Below are positions 50,988-62,482 of a stretch of DNA of 64,000 nucleotides, piece by piece. The position numbers and the translations under genes were made by a program. Numbering within the stretch: the first letter of the stretch is position 1; each line of letters starts with the position of its first letter. Under the pieces are notes generated by a model. That model saw nothing but the letters and a program-made list of their open reading frames with translations. It was not told where the DNA came from and searched no databases. The DNA is taken from NCBI GenBank assembly GCA_035084275.1, contig CM068762.1, positions 6,324,001 through 6,388,000 of the forward strand, in the 5' to 3' direction. This DNA is from Hydrolagus colliei (lineage: Eukaryota).

Positions 50988-51588
50988 TTATTAACTAACC
51001 AAGAATCTTACCCGACCCAATAATTGGAGCCTCTCTGCCAGACAAATGGAGAAGTGTGCATCCCAATGGTGCCTTCCCCAAAACAGAGGTAAAGCTTCTC
51101 ACAACCAGAAGGTTATTCTCAACTACTCTTGATCGAGTATTCAAGTCTTATCTGTGTAAAGCGCTTAGCTATAATTTTCCTCAACTGACATTCTAACGCA
51201 ACAATTTCCATTTTTAATGAGTTGTGTGAGCCAAAAAAGCAGCTCCCACCCACCCTAATTCAACCGCAAGCCTAGACACACTGCCTACTCACTTGTCCAA
51301 AGTTTCTCTCATGTGCCCGAAAACACATAGCAACCAAAACACACCTACTCAGTCTGCATTGAAATGCTGCTGAGGATTATTCACCACAACTGATTTAATG
51401 AATGATGCAGAACTTTGCATTTTAGCTATTTAAAAGTTTAACTTTTTGGCACAGGATGTTAAATTATTGAGATCTTATGCCAGATCACAACGCACCCCAC
51501 CCCACCACAACAACAAACTGCATGTGCATAGCGAGAGACTTTCACGTCAGGAGGACGTCCCAAGGCGCTGGACAGTCAGGGATCTTCA

Positions 51589-52939
51589 CCCTTAACATCA
51601 GTACGATGTTACATCAGTACGATGGGGGGGGGGGGGGGGGTGTGACACGGAGGGCTGGGTGGGTGACACGGAGGGTGGGGAGGTGACACGGAGGGTTGGG
51701 GGGGCTTGAGAAGGTGAGAGAGAAGGAGGGTTGGGGCGGGGGGTGGGGGGAAGAGAAGGTGAAATAGAGAGGTGAGAGAGAGAAGGGGGGTGGGGTGGGG
51801 GTAGGCAATGCTCCCAAACTTACTAGCTAGGCTGCGGAGAAGCGACAATAAATGCATGTTACTATATTTACCTTAATCCCAAGAGAGAAGTGTTGTTGCT
51901 GGTTTATTGCAACATAGCAACTGGGTCCTAGTGCTATACATAGCAACTGGGTCCTAGTGCTATAAGATAGCTGTTCGCACACACAGAGTACCTGTAGATC
52001 CACATGTGCAGCTAGACCACGTGGGGTAGTAAAGATGCTGATTGGCGGAAAACGCAGAGTGGATGAATACACACCAATATGCGGATGAACGCGGTCCCTT
52101 GTTTGGAGGAGTGAAACTTGAAAATTTAAACCTGCGGATTTAAATCGCAGACGCGCAAAACGCGGTTTGCGAGGGTTGTCGCGTTTAGCAAACCGTGGAT
52201 GCGTGAGTTTCGTGTTTGGCGAGGCCGCGGTTGGGGTGGGATATCTGTACACAAGTTTGTCTGATACAACACTGCAGTGTGAGCCTGCTTATAACACAGG
52301 GTTCCTGTGAACCTATGGTTAACAGAAGTGTAGCAGATTTCCAGCTTGCGATGCAGACTGACTGGCTTCCTGCTCATTTGGTGGAAACATTTGAATGATT
52401 GGCCAAGGGTTGCACAGAGTTGCACAGAAAGCCAATAAGTCCAGGCTGGAAGCCAGACAGGACATCGCAGTGACTTAATAACCCTGAAGGTGAGACTGGT
52501 GCCAATTTGTTCCCCACCACTCCCCACCCAATAGGCACTGTGTCTAATTTTACGGACCCAAAACACTGCATTGTAGAGATGCCACATCGCACTCTGTCCA
52601 TCCAAGAAACCAGAATCCAATCCAGTAGAAACATAAGTTGAACCTTACTTGACTGTCAAACTTTTGACCTTTCATGCGTTCATCCTGATATTGTCGCATG
52701 CCAAGACTTTCACAATATTCCCTGAAATATTTGATGCATTACCAATAGCCTCAGCAGAGGATTCCCCGTGCGATTTAAAAACTTGAAACGGACATCAAGA
52801 ATTAAAGTTGGATTCAATCCTCGTTACGACAGCACATTTCCAAAGGTTTTCTAATTAAGAAAACTCTCTTGAGTTTTCCAAATTACACCGTGTCACCCCC
52901 CACCAACATACTGATGTAACATCGTACTGATGTTAAGGG
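51589..52939. mobile_element. Non-autonomous DNA transposon, 1351 bp, ~55-bp TIRs, 3-bp TCA target duplication; superfamily unassigned
   Basis: Left end CCCTTAACATCAGTACGATGTTACATCAGTACGATGGG...GTGACACGG. Right end (reverse complement) CCCTTAACATCAGTACGATGTTACATCAGTATGTTGGTGGGGGGTGACACGG. TCA at 51586-51588 and 52940-52942. Confidence 0.88.
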
Positions 52940-53183
52940 TCATCTGGTAATCTGCTCCCAGAGACAATATTGCAGCTTCCACTCTCCGCATGTTTGTGAT
53001 ACTGTAACCTGATTCTATAGTCACTATTCCTTTCCATCTTCCCACAGAACTCTAGCTTAGAAACAAAATCCGTCATTTACCATCCTGCAAGAAAACAAAC
53101 AATTGAATGGACGCAATTCCAAATACACATCACGCTAAATGTAATTTCACGGTAGTTTTGCACTTTCTACTGACGTGCTAGAC

Positions 53184-53497
53184 CAGCGATTTTCAACCAG
53201 AGGTACATGTACCCCAGGAGGTACAAAATTACTTCCAGGGGGTACAGGTGGGAGTACATTGATTTATTTCGCTCTCTTATTTAGTGTTTTATGGCCTTCT
53301 AAATTGCATATTTAATTGTTATTCTCCTCGTTTTGTATGCGCGAGTTATTTTATTATATAAGAAAAGCTTGGTCATAAAATGCAAGTGGAAGGAGTGGGG
53401 TGGTGTGTGTGTATGTGGTTGGGTGGGGGTACGCGATAATGTTGAAAATTAACAAGGGGACAAGGGGTACATTACTGAAAATGATTGAGAACCACTG
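53184..53497. mobile_element. hAT (Charlie-like) MITE, 314 bp
   Basis: TIRs CAGCGATTTTCAACC / CAGTGGTTCTCAATC, 8-bp TSD TGCTAGAC / TGCTGGAC, and subterminal GGGGTAC repeats. Confidence 0.88.
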
Positions 53498-54411
53498 TGC
53501 TGGACTATACCCTAGTTACTTGGACGAGAGTCTAATAGGCTTTTACTACAGTATTTAGTACTGCATTTATTTGTTATCGGATGGACTCAAGGGAAAACAG
53601 TCAGGGACTAAATCAAGAAAATACGAGTAAAAATAAATAAAACAAGTTTCGCAAAACAGAATACAGAGGCTAAACGTGAAGTGAACGATTCTTCAGGAGT
53701 TGTGGGAAAAAAAATTCTCAGAATTTGTGAGCAGAGCACTCATCGTCCACAGCTATCCTTATGTGGACTGGTTAATGTGGCACATACATTCAAATTATTT
53801 ATTACTGTTAATGTTCAGCCTTGCAGAGGATCTTAAATGGGAACTGTTAGCCAAGACATGCATTAGTGTCAAAATTCTCACCCGTCATCTTAGAAGTATT
53901 TGGCAACAGAGAACTTTGATTGTTATCTTGAGGGATTTAACCATAGATAGAAACGTTAACCGTAACATGAACCAGTCTAGTGGCTGCCAGATCTTTGGTT
54001 TAACGACATCAAGTCTATCAGATTATTTTTTCCCCTGGTGTTTCCATTTAAAGGACATCATTGATTTGATACAAGTGATACAAAACATGTCTTTTTATAA
54101 AAAAAACACAAGCATCTTTCTTTGTAAACCTGATACTGTAGCATTCACTGCAATCACAATGCTCCTGATATTTTCTTAAAAGAGGAAATTGAAATGAGAA
54201 ACAATGACCCCATTTAGTTTGAGGTTGGCTGGCAGGATCCATTGACTGAGAACAATCTCGGTTTCATGTGTCCAATTTTGCAACACAAATAGATAGGGAG
54301 GCAGTACTATCCACACACAGTACAGTAGATGATGAATCCCTATTCACTGTATGATGCATTTTGTTTCTGAAATGTGCATTTGCAAGGCATACAGACAGGT
54401 GGAAAGCCTTA

Positions 54412-54926
54412 CAGTGGAACCCCGTTATAATGTGCTTTGGTAGAATTTGAATTTCACTGTTCTGAAAAAGGAACAACTTCTGAGTGTTATCATGTTACCA
54501 CCGTCATGAAACCACTGACTATCTATTGCAGCCCCAAGATCGGTCTGGATGAAGTCCTCTGTCCCATCCGATCATATCCTTCCAGAACAACCACCCTACC
54601 GTCCGCCAACACTGCATTTAAACTACTTTTTTAACTGGGTTCAGTGACTTGATCTCGACCAACATTCCTGAGAATCAAAGTGTGCTGGCTAAAGAAAAAC
54701 ATTGTCCATCACACCTGTGTCCTCTTGTTGTCCTTTTATGTTGTTTCCTCTTGTTGTACTCTCTTGATACATCCCAAAGTATTGACCAGCATTTACTTTT
54801 TCAATCTCAACAAAACGTTTTTATATACCTCCGCAAGTTCCGCTCTGAGTCTCGTTGTAAGGCAGGTTGTTTTATTATGCCCCCCCCCCCCCCCCACCGT
54901 TACCACCTTATATCAGGGATCCACGG
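54412..54926. mobile_element. Old Tigger/pogo-like non-autonomous element
   Basis: TIRs CAGTGGAACCCCGTTATAA / CCGTGGATCCCTGATATAA (15/19 identical), with TA at both flanks. Confidence 0.6.
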
Positions 54927-54939
54927 TATATGGAATCCG

Positions 54940-55251
54940 TGGGGGTCCTGTTGTTCAGTGGATAGAGCACTCGCCTTACAAGCGAGAGACCTGGGTTCGA
55001 TTCCAGGCAGGTCAGAGTGAAACCTTGGGCAAGTTTCCTTACTCCACACGCCTGATAATAATCCCTCAAAAATCATAATTAAATTGGTAATTTCAATCCA
55101 CGACTTTTTGTGGGACACTGCTACTGCGCGCAATTGGTTGCCGCGTTTCGCTCACATATACAGTCAATTCACTTGATGGTATATTCTGTGAAGCACTTTG
55201 AGGCATCCAGAAGACGTGAAAAGTGCTAAATTAAAATACAAGGATCATTAC
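54940..55251 (+). mobile_element. tRNA-derived SINE, full length
   Basis: Head with anticodon-arm-like ctcgc-cttacaa-gcgag and B box gttcgattcc, family body and tail. Confidence 0.9.
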
Positions 55252-55555
55252 TATAAGCATTGGGAGGTGGCGGAGTGGGTGGGGTGGTAGGGAGGGAATA
55301 GCATCAGTCACATTGACTGTAAAATTATTTTCCAAACTTGTAAATGTACACCAGTACTGTACATGATTGAAATTAGGTTAAATTAAGATCGTTAGGATCG
55401 CACTACTTGAGGCTGGACCCAGCTTTATCCTCATGAATTATTCAGTGAACCATCAGGATATGGAAGTTGAGTGGAGGTCAGCCAATTATTTGTGAGTCAG
55501 TGGGTGGAACAAAAATGTTAACCCAGGCTTTTCTGGTCGCACTTCACTTCCCTGT

Positions 55556-55853
55556 AATAATAACAAAATAATCCTTGCATTTGATATAGCACTTTTCGCA
55601 TCTTCTAGACGTCTCAAAGCGCTTCACAGAATACACTGCAAAAAGTGAATTGACTGTACATTTGTGGGCTAAACGCAGCAGCCAATTGCACACAGCAGTG
55701 TCCCACAAGCACTTGTGGAATGAAATGACCAATTTATTATTGATTTTGTTGAGTGATTAGTATTAAGGAAACTTGCTCAAGGTTTCGCCCTGACCTGCCT
55801 GGAATCGAACGTTTGTAAGGCGAGTGCTCTCACCACTGAGCTACAGGACTCCA
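55556..55853 (-). mobile_element. tRNA-derived SINE, near full length, inverted relative to 54940-55251
   Basis: Family tail, body and head. Confidence 0.9.
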
Positions 55854-56174
55854 CGGTAGCCTCTGAAGGAAAAAATGTCGGAGCAGGTAGATACTTGCCC
55901 CCAGGTCAATGGGTGCACAGAGTACAAAGACCACAGAGAAAGGAGAAAGGGGAGGATATTTATAGATGGCATCTAAATAAATAGGATTGAACTCCCATTT
56001 TAATTTCCGATATTGATTTCGGTCCAGGGCGCTGAAAAATAGCGATGAGCGACATCAATTATTCATACGGGTTGTGCCAATATCGATGTGTCACAATTGT
56101 CAAGGTCTCTGGCATTTCGCCAGAGTTTTGGTGTGTTTGTTGCATCGCCCAGGTCATGTAATGCACAACACAGC

Positions 56175-56550
56175 ATCTACGGGGATCTAATCGGAAAGGA
56201 ATTTAGGAAGAACTACATCTCTCACAGGCAGTGAGATTGTGGAAACTCACTCCCCACAGCACTGAATGAATCAGGTAGCATTGATGCATTTAAGAGGAAG
56301 CTAGGTAGTTAGACACGCTGAGGTTAGACAAGTGAACAGAGTGGTATGGGAGGCAATAACAAAGCAACAACAAATTAGACTTGTATAGTGCTATTCACGA
56401 TGCCAAAAAGACATCCTAGGACACAGGGACCCTGAATAAGATATGGGCAGAGACTCACCTGGAGTATAAACACCGGTATATAATTAATTAATTAATTAAT
56501 AATATTAATCATATTTGGGCTGAATGAAAGGCTTGCTTACTTGCTGTACA
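56175..56550 (+). mobile_element. CR1 LINE 3' fragment with a nested L2 tail
   Basis: gaatttaggaagaactacatctctcacaggcagtgagattgtggaaactcactccc...tttaagaggaagctag...ggagtataaacaccgg...tgggctgaatg. Confidence 0.65.
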
Positions 56551-57084
56551 AAAACAACAACAAAATTACAGTTGTATAGCTCATGTCAGGAGGACATCCC
56601 AAGATGCTAGACAATCAATGTTTCAGACAATCTATGTAAATGTTATAATCTAGGTTACAGTCTATGTAAATCTATGCAATCAATTGCAGTGCATCCTACA
56701 GATCAGCCACTAGGATTACAAATAATACAGGCATTTCAAACTGAAGGGAAGAAACACAATACCTGGATCGTCGACGCACGTTTTGGATTTCCAGTTGCAA
56801 CCCACAGAATCCAGTGTGCTACAGTAGCCCGCAGAGTCCTTAGGCGCTTTGCTGTTACCATCTCTCTTCGTGTCCGCTCTGAAAACGAGAGCAGGTTCAA
56901 TGATCGATTACATCCTCGCAGGGAAAAAAAGTCAAAACATTCTGTGGCATGCATCCCTTAATATGGTTTTGCTCTCAAAACTCACCGTCCATCCACTTTG
57001 CCACGTATTCTGTGAAGTGGTTTGTGACATCTTAACAACGTGACATGGAGCTCTATATCAACTTCACGTACCATAACCATTTCT

Positions 57085-57178
57085 TATTAATCATATTAAT
57101 AATATTAATAATCATATTAATAATATGATATTAATAATATTAATAATAATAATATTAAATCATATTAATAATAATAAT
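57085..57178. repeat. AT-rich degenerate tandem repeat (ATATTAATA-like units)
   Basis: Seen directly in the sequence. Confidence 0.85.
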
Positions 57179-59964
57179 TTGGTCACGTAATCCACAATTA
57201 TTTGTGGGACACTGCTGTGCACATTTACAGTTGTATAATTACACATTTTATATGCAAAATACACAGTCAATTTACACAGCCTATGCTTTTAACTCCTGGG
57301 CAGATGGTGGGCGTGGGGAACATCGAGTCAGTTGCAGTCAGAGTTGAAGTGCTTTGAGGCATCTCAATGACCTGATAAGCTGCCATATCAAATGCAAGCA
57401 TTATTATATATTACAAACAACAATAATTTGTTCATTTCAATCCACGACTGTTTGTGGGACACTGTTGTGCGCAATTGGCTGCCGCGTTTCGTCCACATAT
57501 AAACAGTCAAATCATGTCTAGAAGACGTGAAAAGCGTATATCAAATGCAAGGATGATTAATATTGTATTCTGTGAAGCGTGTTTGAGACCTGCTAAAGCG
57601 ATATATCAAATGTAAGGATTATTATTATTTGAGTATCAATTATCATTGCTATACCAAGCGATCAGGAGCAGACCGACAAAGCAATTCTGGAGATTGCAGA
57701 AAGTCACCCTGAGAGATGGCTTCTTCCTCAACAGCCAGGGGGTAAAAGGACCATCAGAAGAGATGGGAGTAGAAGAAGCCATCTTTGCAACACCGTTTTC
57801 AGTGTTTTCAACACTGGCTTGCAGGGAACTTCCACAGGGATCAGGCAAGTTGTTGTGGTCAGACAATGAGCGTCTCACAATCCTCGACCTTTCAACAGCT
57901 ACTTCCTTGCGAGAGCGAGGTGAGACAGTGTGTAAACCACCAGTCTTAAGCATTTAAACATCTAACCATTTAGCAACCCAGCACACGTTCACTCTCAGCA
58001 AGGACACCTTCTGAAAGGTTCGCAGTTGAAATGGTTTAGGAACCTAAACACACGACCTGATGTTAAGATAGAAAGTACCGTGTTTCCATGCACACAATCG
58101 CAAGATTGTTTAGGATGAAGAAGGGCCTTTAGCCGATTTGATCTCATCATCCCAGAATACCTTCCCCTAATGCCTTCACATCACAGCATCAGTCTGATTT
58201 TTAGTTGCAAGACAGGCCAGTCTGAATCACCTTACCTGGCGATATAATCCAGTTGTTAATTATCCTCCCGGTAAAGAAATACTTCCTGGTAGCCGTCCTG
58301 GGATTGCCCTTTGCAACTCTAAACCTATATTCTCTTGTTCTTCTGCCTCTGCACTCGTAGCCTAGCTCCACCGGTCAGAATATTATGGAAATGTCTGTGA
58401 GGATGAAAGGCAGCCTCCCTGCTTGTTTTTCTTTCGCCCACAAAATACACAGTCAATCCACCCTACAGTATATTCTGCGAGGAGCTTTGAGAAGTCTCAA
58501 TTACGTGCGAAAGGCGCTATATATCAAATGCGAGGATTATGATTAACGTAATCCACACTGCAATGGTTGGGCTGTCACTGCTTTGTTCTGAAATCAGCGA
58601 GTAGCTTTTGATTGCAACATCCCAGATCCTGCTGCCAACTGGCGAGTGATTTTGGCTCAGCGGTTTGTGGTTGAAGGGTTTCTAGAAAGGCCAGTCAGTT
58701 CATGATTAAGGCTACTGGTTCAAAATTACTGTGCCTGCTCAGGAGGAACTCCCCGGGTTTCATTCGATAAAAGCAGACATCAAAATTAGTTTCATTCCTC
58801 CCCAGGCCACGTATCTCCAGTGCAGCATTATAACAAGATCAATTTTTACAACGCGATTTACATATGTAGTCAGTGTCTTTCATGTCGAGAGGATTTCTCT
58901 CAGCCCTTTACTCTGCTGGCTGGGCACCCAAGCAGGTAGATGTATGTGTGTGTGTGTTTGAGGGAGGGTCCTTTTTACCTAGCTATCCTTACTGAGGCAC
59001 CCTTCCACAGTCAATTGCTTTTTTACCCGCCTGTCTATTCTTAGTGCGTCAACACGGACTTGCAGCGTCAATGGTGACTTCACCTGATATTCACAAGTCC
59101 CGGCAGATTTTCAGCAGGGAGAGTGATCAGCAGACCTGTATGCTCGTCAATTTTTGCTTCTCTCCCAAGCCAAGAATGCGACTCATTCAAAACTGCCCAG
59201 GGCTCTCCGGTCTCCGCTGCCTCCCTGTCTCCCATGCGAAGCAATTTGAAGGTTCTCACTCTCACCTACAAATCAATCCATTCCTTGGCATCGTGGTATT
59301 TCTCTGACCCCCTTCCACCCCACTCCTCTGCTCTGGTCTGCCACCCGCCCGCCTGGCTATACTATCTTCAGCCGTACCTTCAGTTCTTACGTTTATGTTT
59401 TTTTGTGGCATCTTCCCAAGGTGAAAGGTGCTGTATAAATGTAATTATGTTGTTGTTTACGATGGTTGTGGGACACTGCTGTGCGCAATTGGCTGGCGTG
59501 TTTCACCCCCGAATACACAGTTCATTATATTTTACGGTGTATTTTGTGAAGCGCTTTGAGACATCTGAACGAAGTGATAAAGTCCTATATCAAATGCTAG
59601 GATTATTATTATTATTATTTTATTTTTATTATTATTATAGTGCCCCTGACCTCTGGAACGTCCTCCCTTTCCCACTTCATCTCATTCTCCTCTTTTCCTA
59701 TCTTTATGTCCCAAACCAGTGAGCAGTCAGGCAAATAAAAACTGATTTAGTGTGAAACTAGGAATGTTGACTCACATTAAACACTGTTAATTACAACATT
59801 AATTTAAGGAATGCAAATGTTATCCCTACGTGTGAGACTTATTAAGTGAGTGGTTTATTCTTGCAGCAGCAAATCCACATTAGCAGCTCCCCGTTACGGT
59901 CATATCAACTAACATTTTTGGAGCTTAGGAGGGCAAGAATGATGAAATTTGGATTTCACCAAAG

Positions 59965-59985
59965 GAAAGAAAGCAAGAGAGGCCA

Positions 59986-60020
<35 letters not shown>

Positions 60021-60225
60021 AAATAAGGAAAGAGGGAAAGAGAGAGGACAGAGAGGAGAGAAAATGAGAACGAAAAAGGAAAGAGAGACAGAGAAAGCAA
60101 CAATGAGAAAGTAGAAATAGAGAGAAGTAAATAGAAAGGAGAGAGAAAGAGAGCAAGGAGAGAGAAAAAGAGAGAGTAAGAGTGAAGTTAAAAATAAATG
60201 GGGAAAGAGAAATGGAAGAAAGATA
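59965..60225. repeat. GA-rich polypurine low-complexity tract
   Basis: Seen directly in the sequence. Confidence 0.9.
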
Positions 60226-60436
60226 CAATTCAGACTAAAAGCACAACACTCTGGCCCAGTTTGGCAGCCTGGCTGTTAGCAACTGGGTTACTGACACATA
60301 AACTGGTCCCAACAGAATGTAGTCTCCCCATCAGGCCCCGCCTGGACTTCGCTACGATCTGCCTGTACACCTACAATACTTCATCCTGATCCCACAGAAT
60401 AACTATATAATTTACTTATCTGCCTATCTATATATA

Positions 60437-60643
60437 CAGTAAAAGCCCGTTTATCCAGCACCCGATCAACCGTAACTTCCGTTTAACCAGCGTCGCAAAA
60501 AAAAAGTCTGCATTCGATTAATCGGAATTTATCCGGAAAAATGCATTGGAATATATATATATATATTTTGTGTTTTCGCTTGAATATCCGGCACGAGCTT
60601 TAACCATGCGTCCTGAGGGTGCCAGATAAACGGGCTTTTACTA
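60437..60643. mobile_element. Tigger-like MITE, same TIR family as 8765-9115
   Basis: TIRs CAGTAAAAGCCCGTTTATCCAGCACCC / TAGTAAAAGCCCGTTTATCTGGCACCC, inserted in (TA)n. Confidence 0.88.
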
Positions 60644-60831
60644 TATATATATATATATATATACACCCACTCCCACCCCCTCGATACACACCTTAAGTAT
60701 ACAGTATTAATTTATGTATTGTAAGAAGTGTCCTGGCCAACAATACCCCCGAATAATACTGGTCACTCAATCCACGACTGTTTAAGGGACATTGCTGTGC
60801 ACATTTGGCTACTGTGTTTTGCCCACAAAAT

Positions 60832-60894
<63 letters not shown>
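60832..60894. repeat. (ATCA)n microsatellite forming the tail of the adjacent composite SINE
   Basis: Seen directly; abuts ccttacatttatataa. Confidence 0.95.
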
Positions 60895-60895
<1 letters not shown>

Positions 60896-61207
60896 CTTAC
60901 ATTTATATAATGCCTTTCACGTTGATAGGACGTCCCAAGGCCCTGTACAGTAAGGTAAGGACAAGAGCAGGTGGGGGAAGGGTCAGGGCAGGACGAAGAA
61001 GAGTAGGAAAATTGACTGTATATTTGTGGGCGAAACACGGCAGCCAAATTGCGCACAGCAGTATCCCACAAACAGTCATGGAAGTGGGATTAAGGGAAGG
61101 GGGGGGGGGGGAGGGGAAAGGTGTCAAGGGGAGGGGTGGGGGCAGGGGGAAGGAGAGCAGGAAAGCCGACTGTATACTTGTGGGCGAAACACGGCAGCCA
61201 AATTGCC
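60895..61207 (-). mobile_element. Composite SINE, second copy
   Basis: Reverse complement is collinear with 12538-12830, including both pyrimidine spacers. Confidence 0.85.
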
Positions 61208-61540
61208 AAATAATAATAATAATGCCTGCATTTGGTATAGAGATTTTAAGTCTTCTGGACATCTCAAAGTGCTTTACAGAATATATTGTGAATTGCTTGG
61301 ATATATGTGGATGAAATGTGGCAGCCAGTTGCGCACAGGTCCCACAAACAGTCGTGGATTGAAATGACCAATTTTATTTATTTCTTTATTTATTTTATTT
61401 TATTTTCTTGAGGGGTTCTTGTTACGCATGTAGTTGGTAAGGAAACTTGCCCGAGGTTTCGCCCTGACCTGCCTGGAATTGAACCCAGGTCTCTCGCTTG
61501 TAAGGCGAGTGCTCCAAACCACTGAGCTGCAGGACTCCAC
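61208..61540 (-). mobile_element. tRNA-derived SINE, full length
   Basis: Family tail, body and head. Confidence 0.88.
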
Positions 61541-61819
61541 AATACACAGAGGAAGCACAAAGCGAGGATTTTTATATTCATTACAAATATATTGTCTGAC
61601 TAAGAACGTGGAGCTCATGATTCTCATTCTGCACTGGAAGCCCTACACACGGGATTATTGTATCGGAGCACTAACGTAATGGACTTCAATATGGCCCGTC
61701 ATTCTGTTCATCTGCTGTACCACTAGATCCTACCACCAGGTGGCAGCAAGCAGAACGAGTGCTCCCATCTTACCATTTATGCAGTACAATAAAATTAGGG
61801 TAAATTACAAAAACAACTT

Positions 61820-62482
61820 GAATAAATACCAGGAATGAGCCACTTCAGTCATGTGTAGAGACTGGGATTGATCCGTCTAGAGCAGCAAAGGTTTAATAGA
61901 GGGTAGATTTAATAGAGGTGTACAAAATTATGAGGGATTTTGACAAGAGTAGATTATTAGTAGTGTAACTGTTTCTTTCTGGCGTGTGGGTCGGCAGACA
62001 CAGATTCAAGATAATTGGCAAAAGAACCAGAGGGGAGATGAGGATAATTATTTTTTTAACCCAGTGAGTTGTTACAACCTGGAATGCACTGCCTGAAACG
62101 GTGGTGGAGACAGGTTCAATATTACCTTTCAAAAGGGAGTTGGATATAATAATAATCCTTGCATTTGATGTCGCGCTTTTCACATCTTATCACATCTTAT
62201 CACACCTTATCAACGTCTCAAAGCGCTTCACAGAATATTCTGTAAAGTGAATTGACTGTATATTTTGTGGGCGAAACGTGGCAGCGCACAGCAGTGTCCC
62301 ACAAACAGTCGCGGAATGAAATTGTTTTTTATTATGATGTGTTTTTTTGGACGGATTATTATTAGGTGTGTGGAGTAAGGAAATACGTGGAATAAGGAAT
62401 ATGTTTCAAAGAGCCAGCACGGTGCACACTGTGGCACGAGTGGCCGACCTCGTTCTGTACTGTAAGATTGTATGATTCCATA
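61820..62482 (+). mobile_element. CR1 LINE 3' fragment split by an antisense SINE (62146-62381)
   Basis: gatttaatagaggtgtacaaaattatgaggg...tggaatgcactgcctgaaacggtggtggag...ttcaaaagggagttggat, then the SINE, then tttcaaagagccagcac...tgtatgattccat. Confidence 0.85.

Noticed and set aside
51293-51440. Minus-strand CAA|GTGAGT donor with short upstream ORFs
   Set aside because: The frame needed to join exon 2 contains a stop, and there is no further evidence for an exon.
51589-51965. Short direct repeats resembling a CRISPR or iteron array
   Set aside because: Only 2-3 units, no regular unique spacers, a eukaryotic context and no cas genes. Explained as transposon subterminal repeats.
52126-52620. 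164-aa ORF inside the TIR element as a transposase
   Set aside because: No DDE, HTH or other recognisable motif, and a non-ATG start.
54940-55012. tRNA-Val(TAC)-like cloverleaf (also at ~2017, 9300, 40710, 55790, 61470)
   Set aside because: Each is fused to the same SINE body and tail, anticodons vary between copies and the acceptor stems are imperfect. These are SINE heads, not tRNA genes.
53700-59722. Longer ORF-track entries (53700-54179, 54649-55078, 59123-59722)
   Set aside because: Non-ATG starts, composition typical of non-coding DNA, or overlap with SINE/L2 sequence. No splice or homology support.
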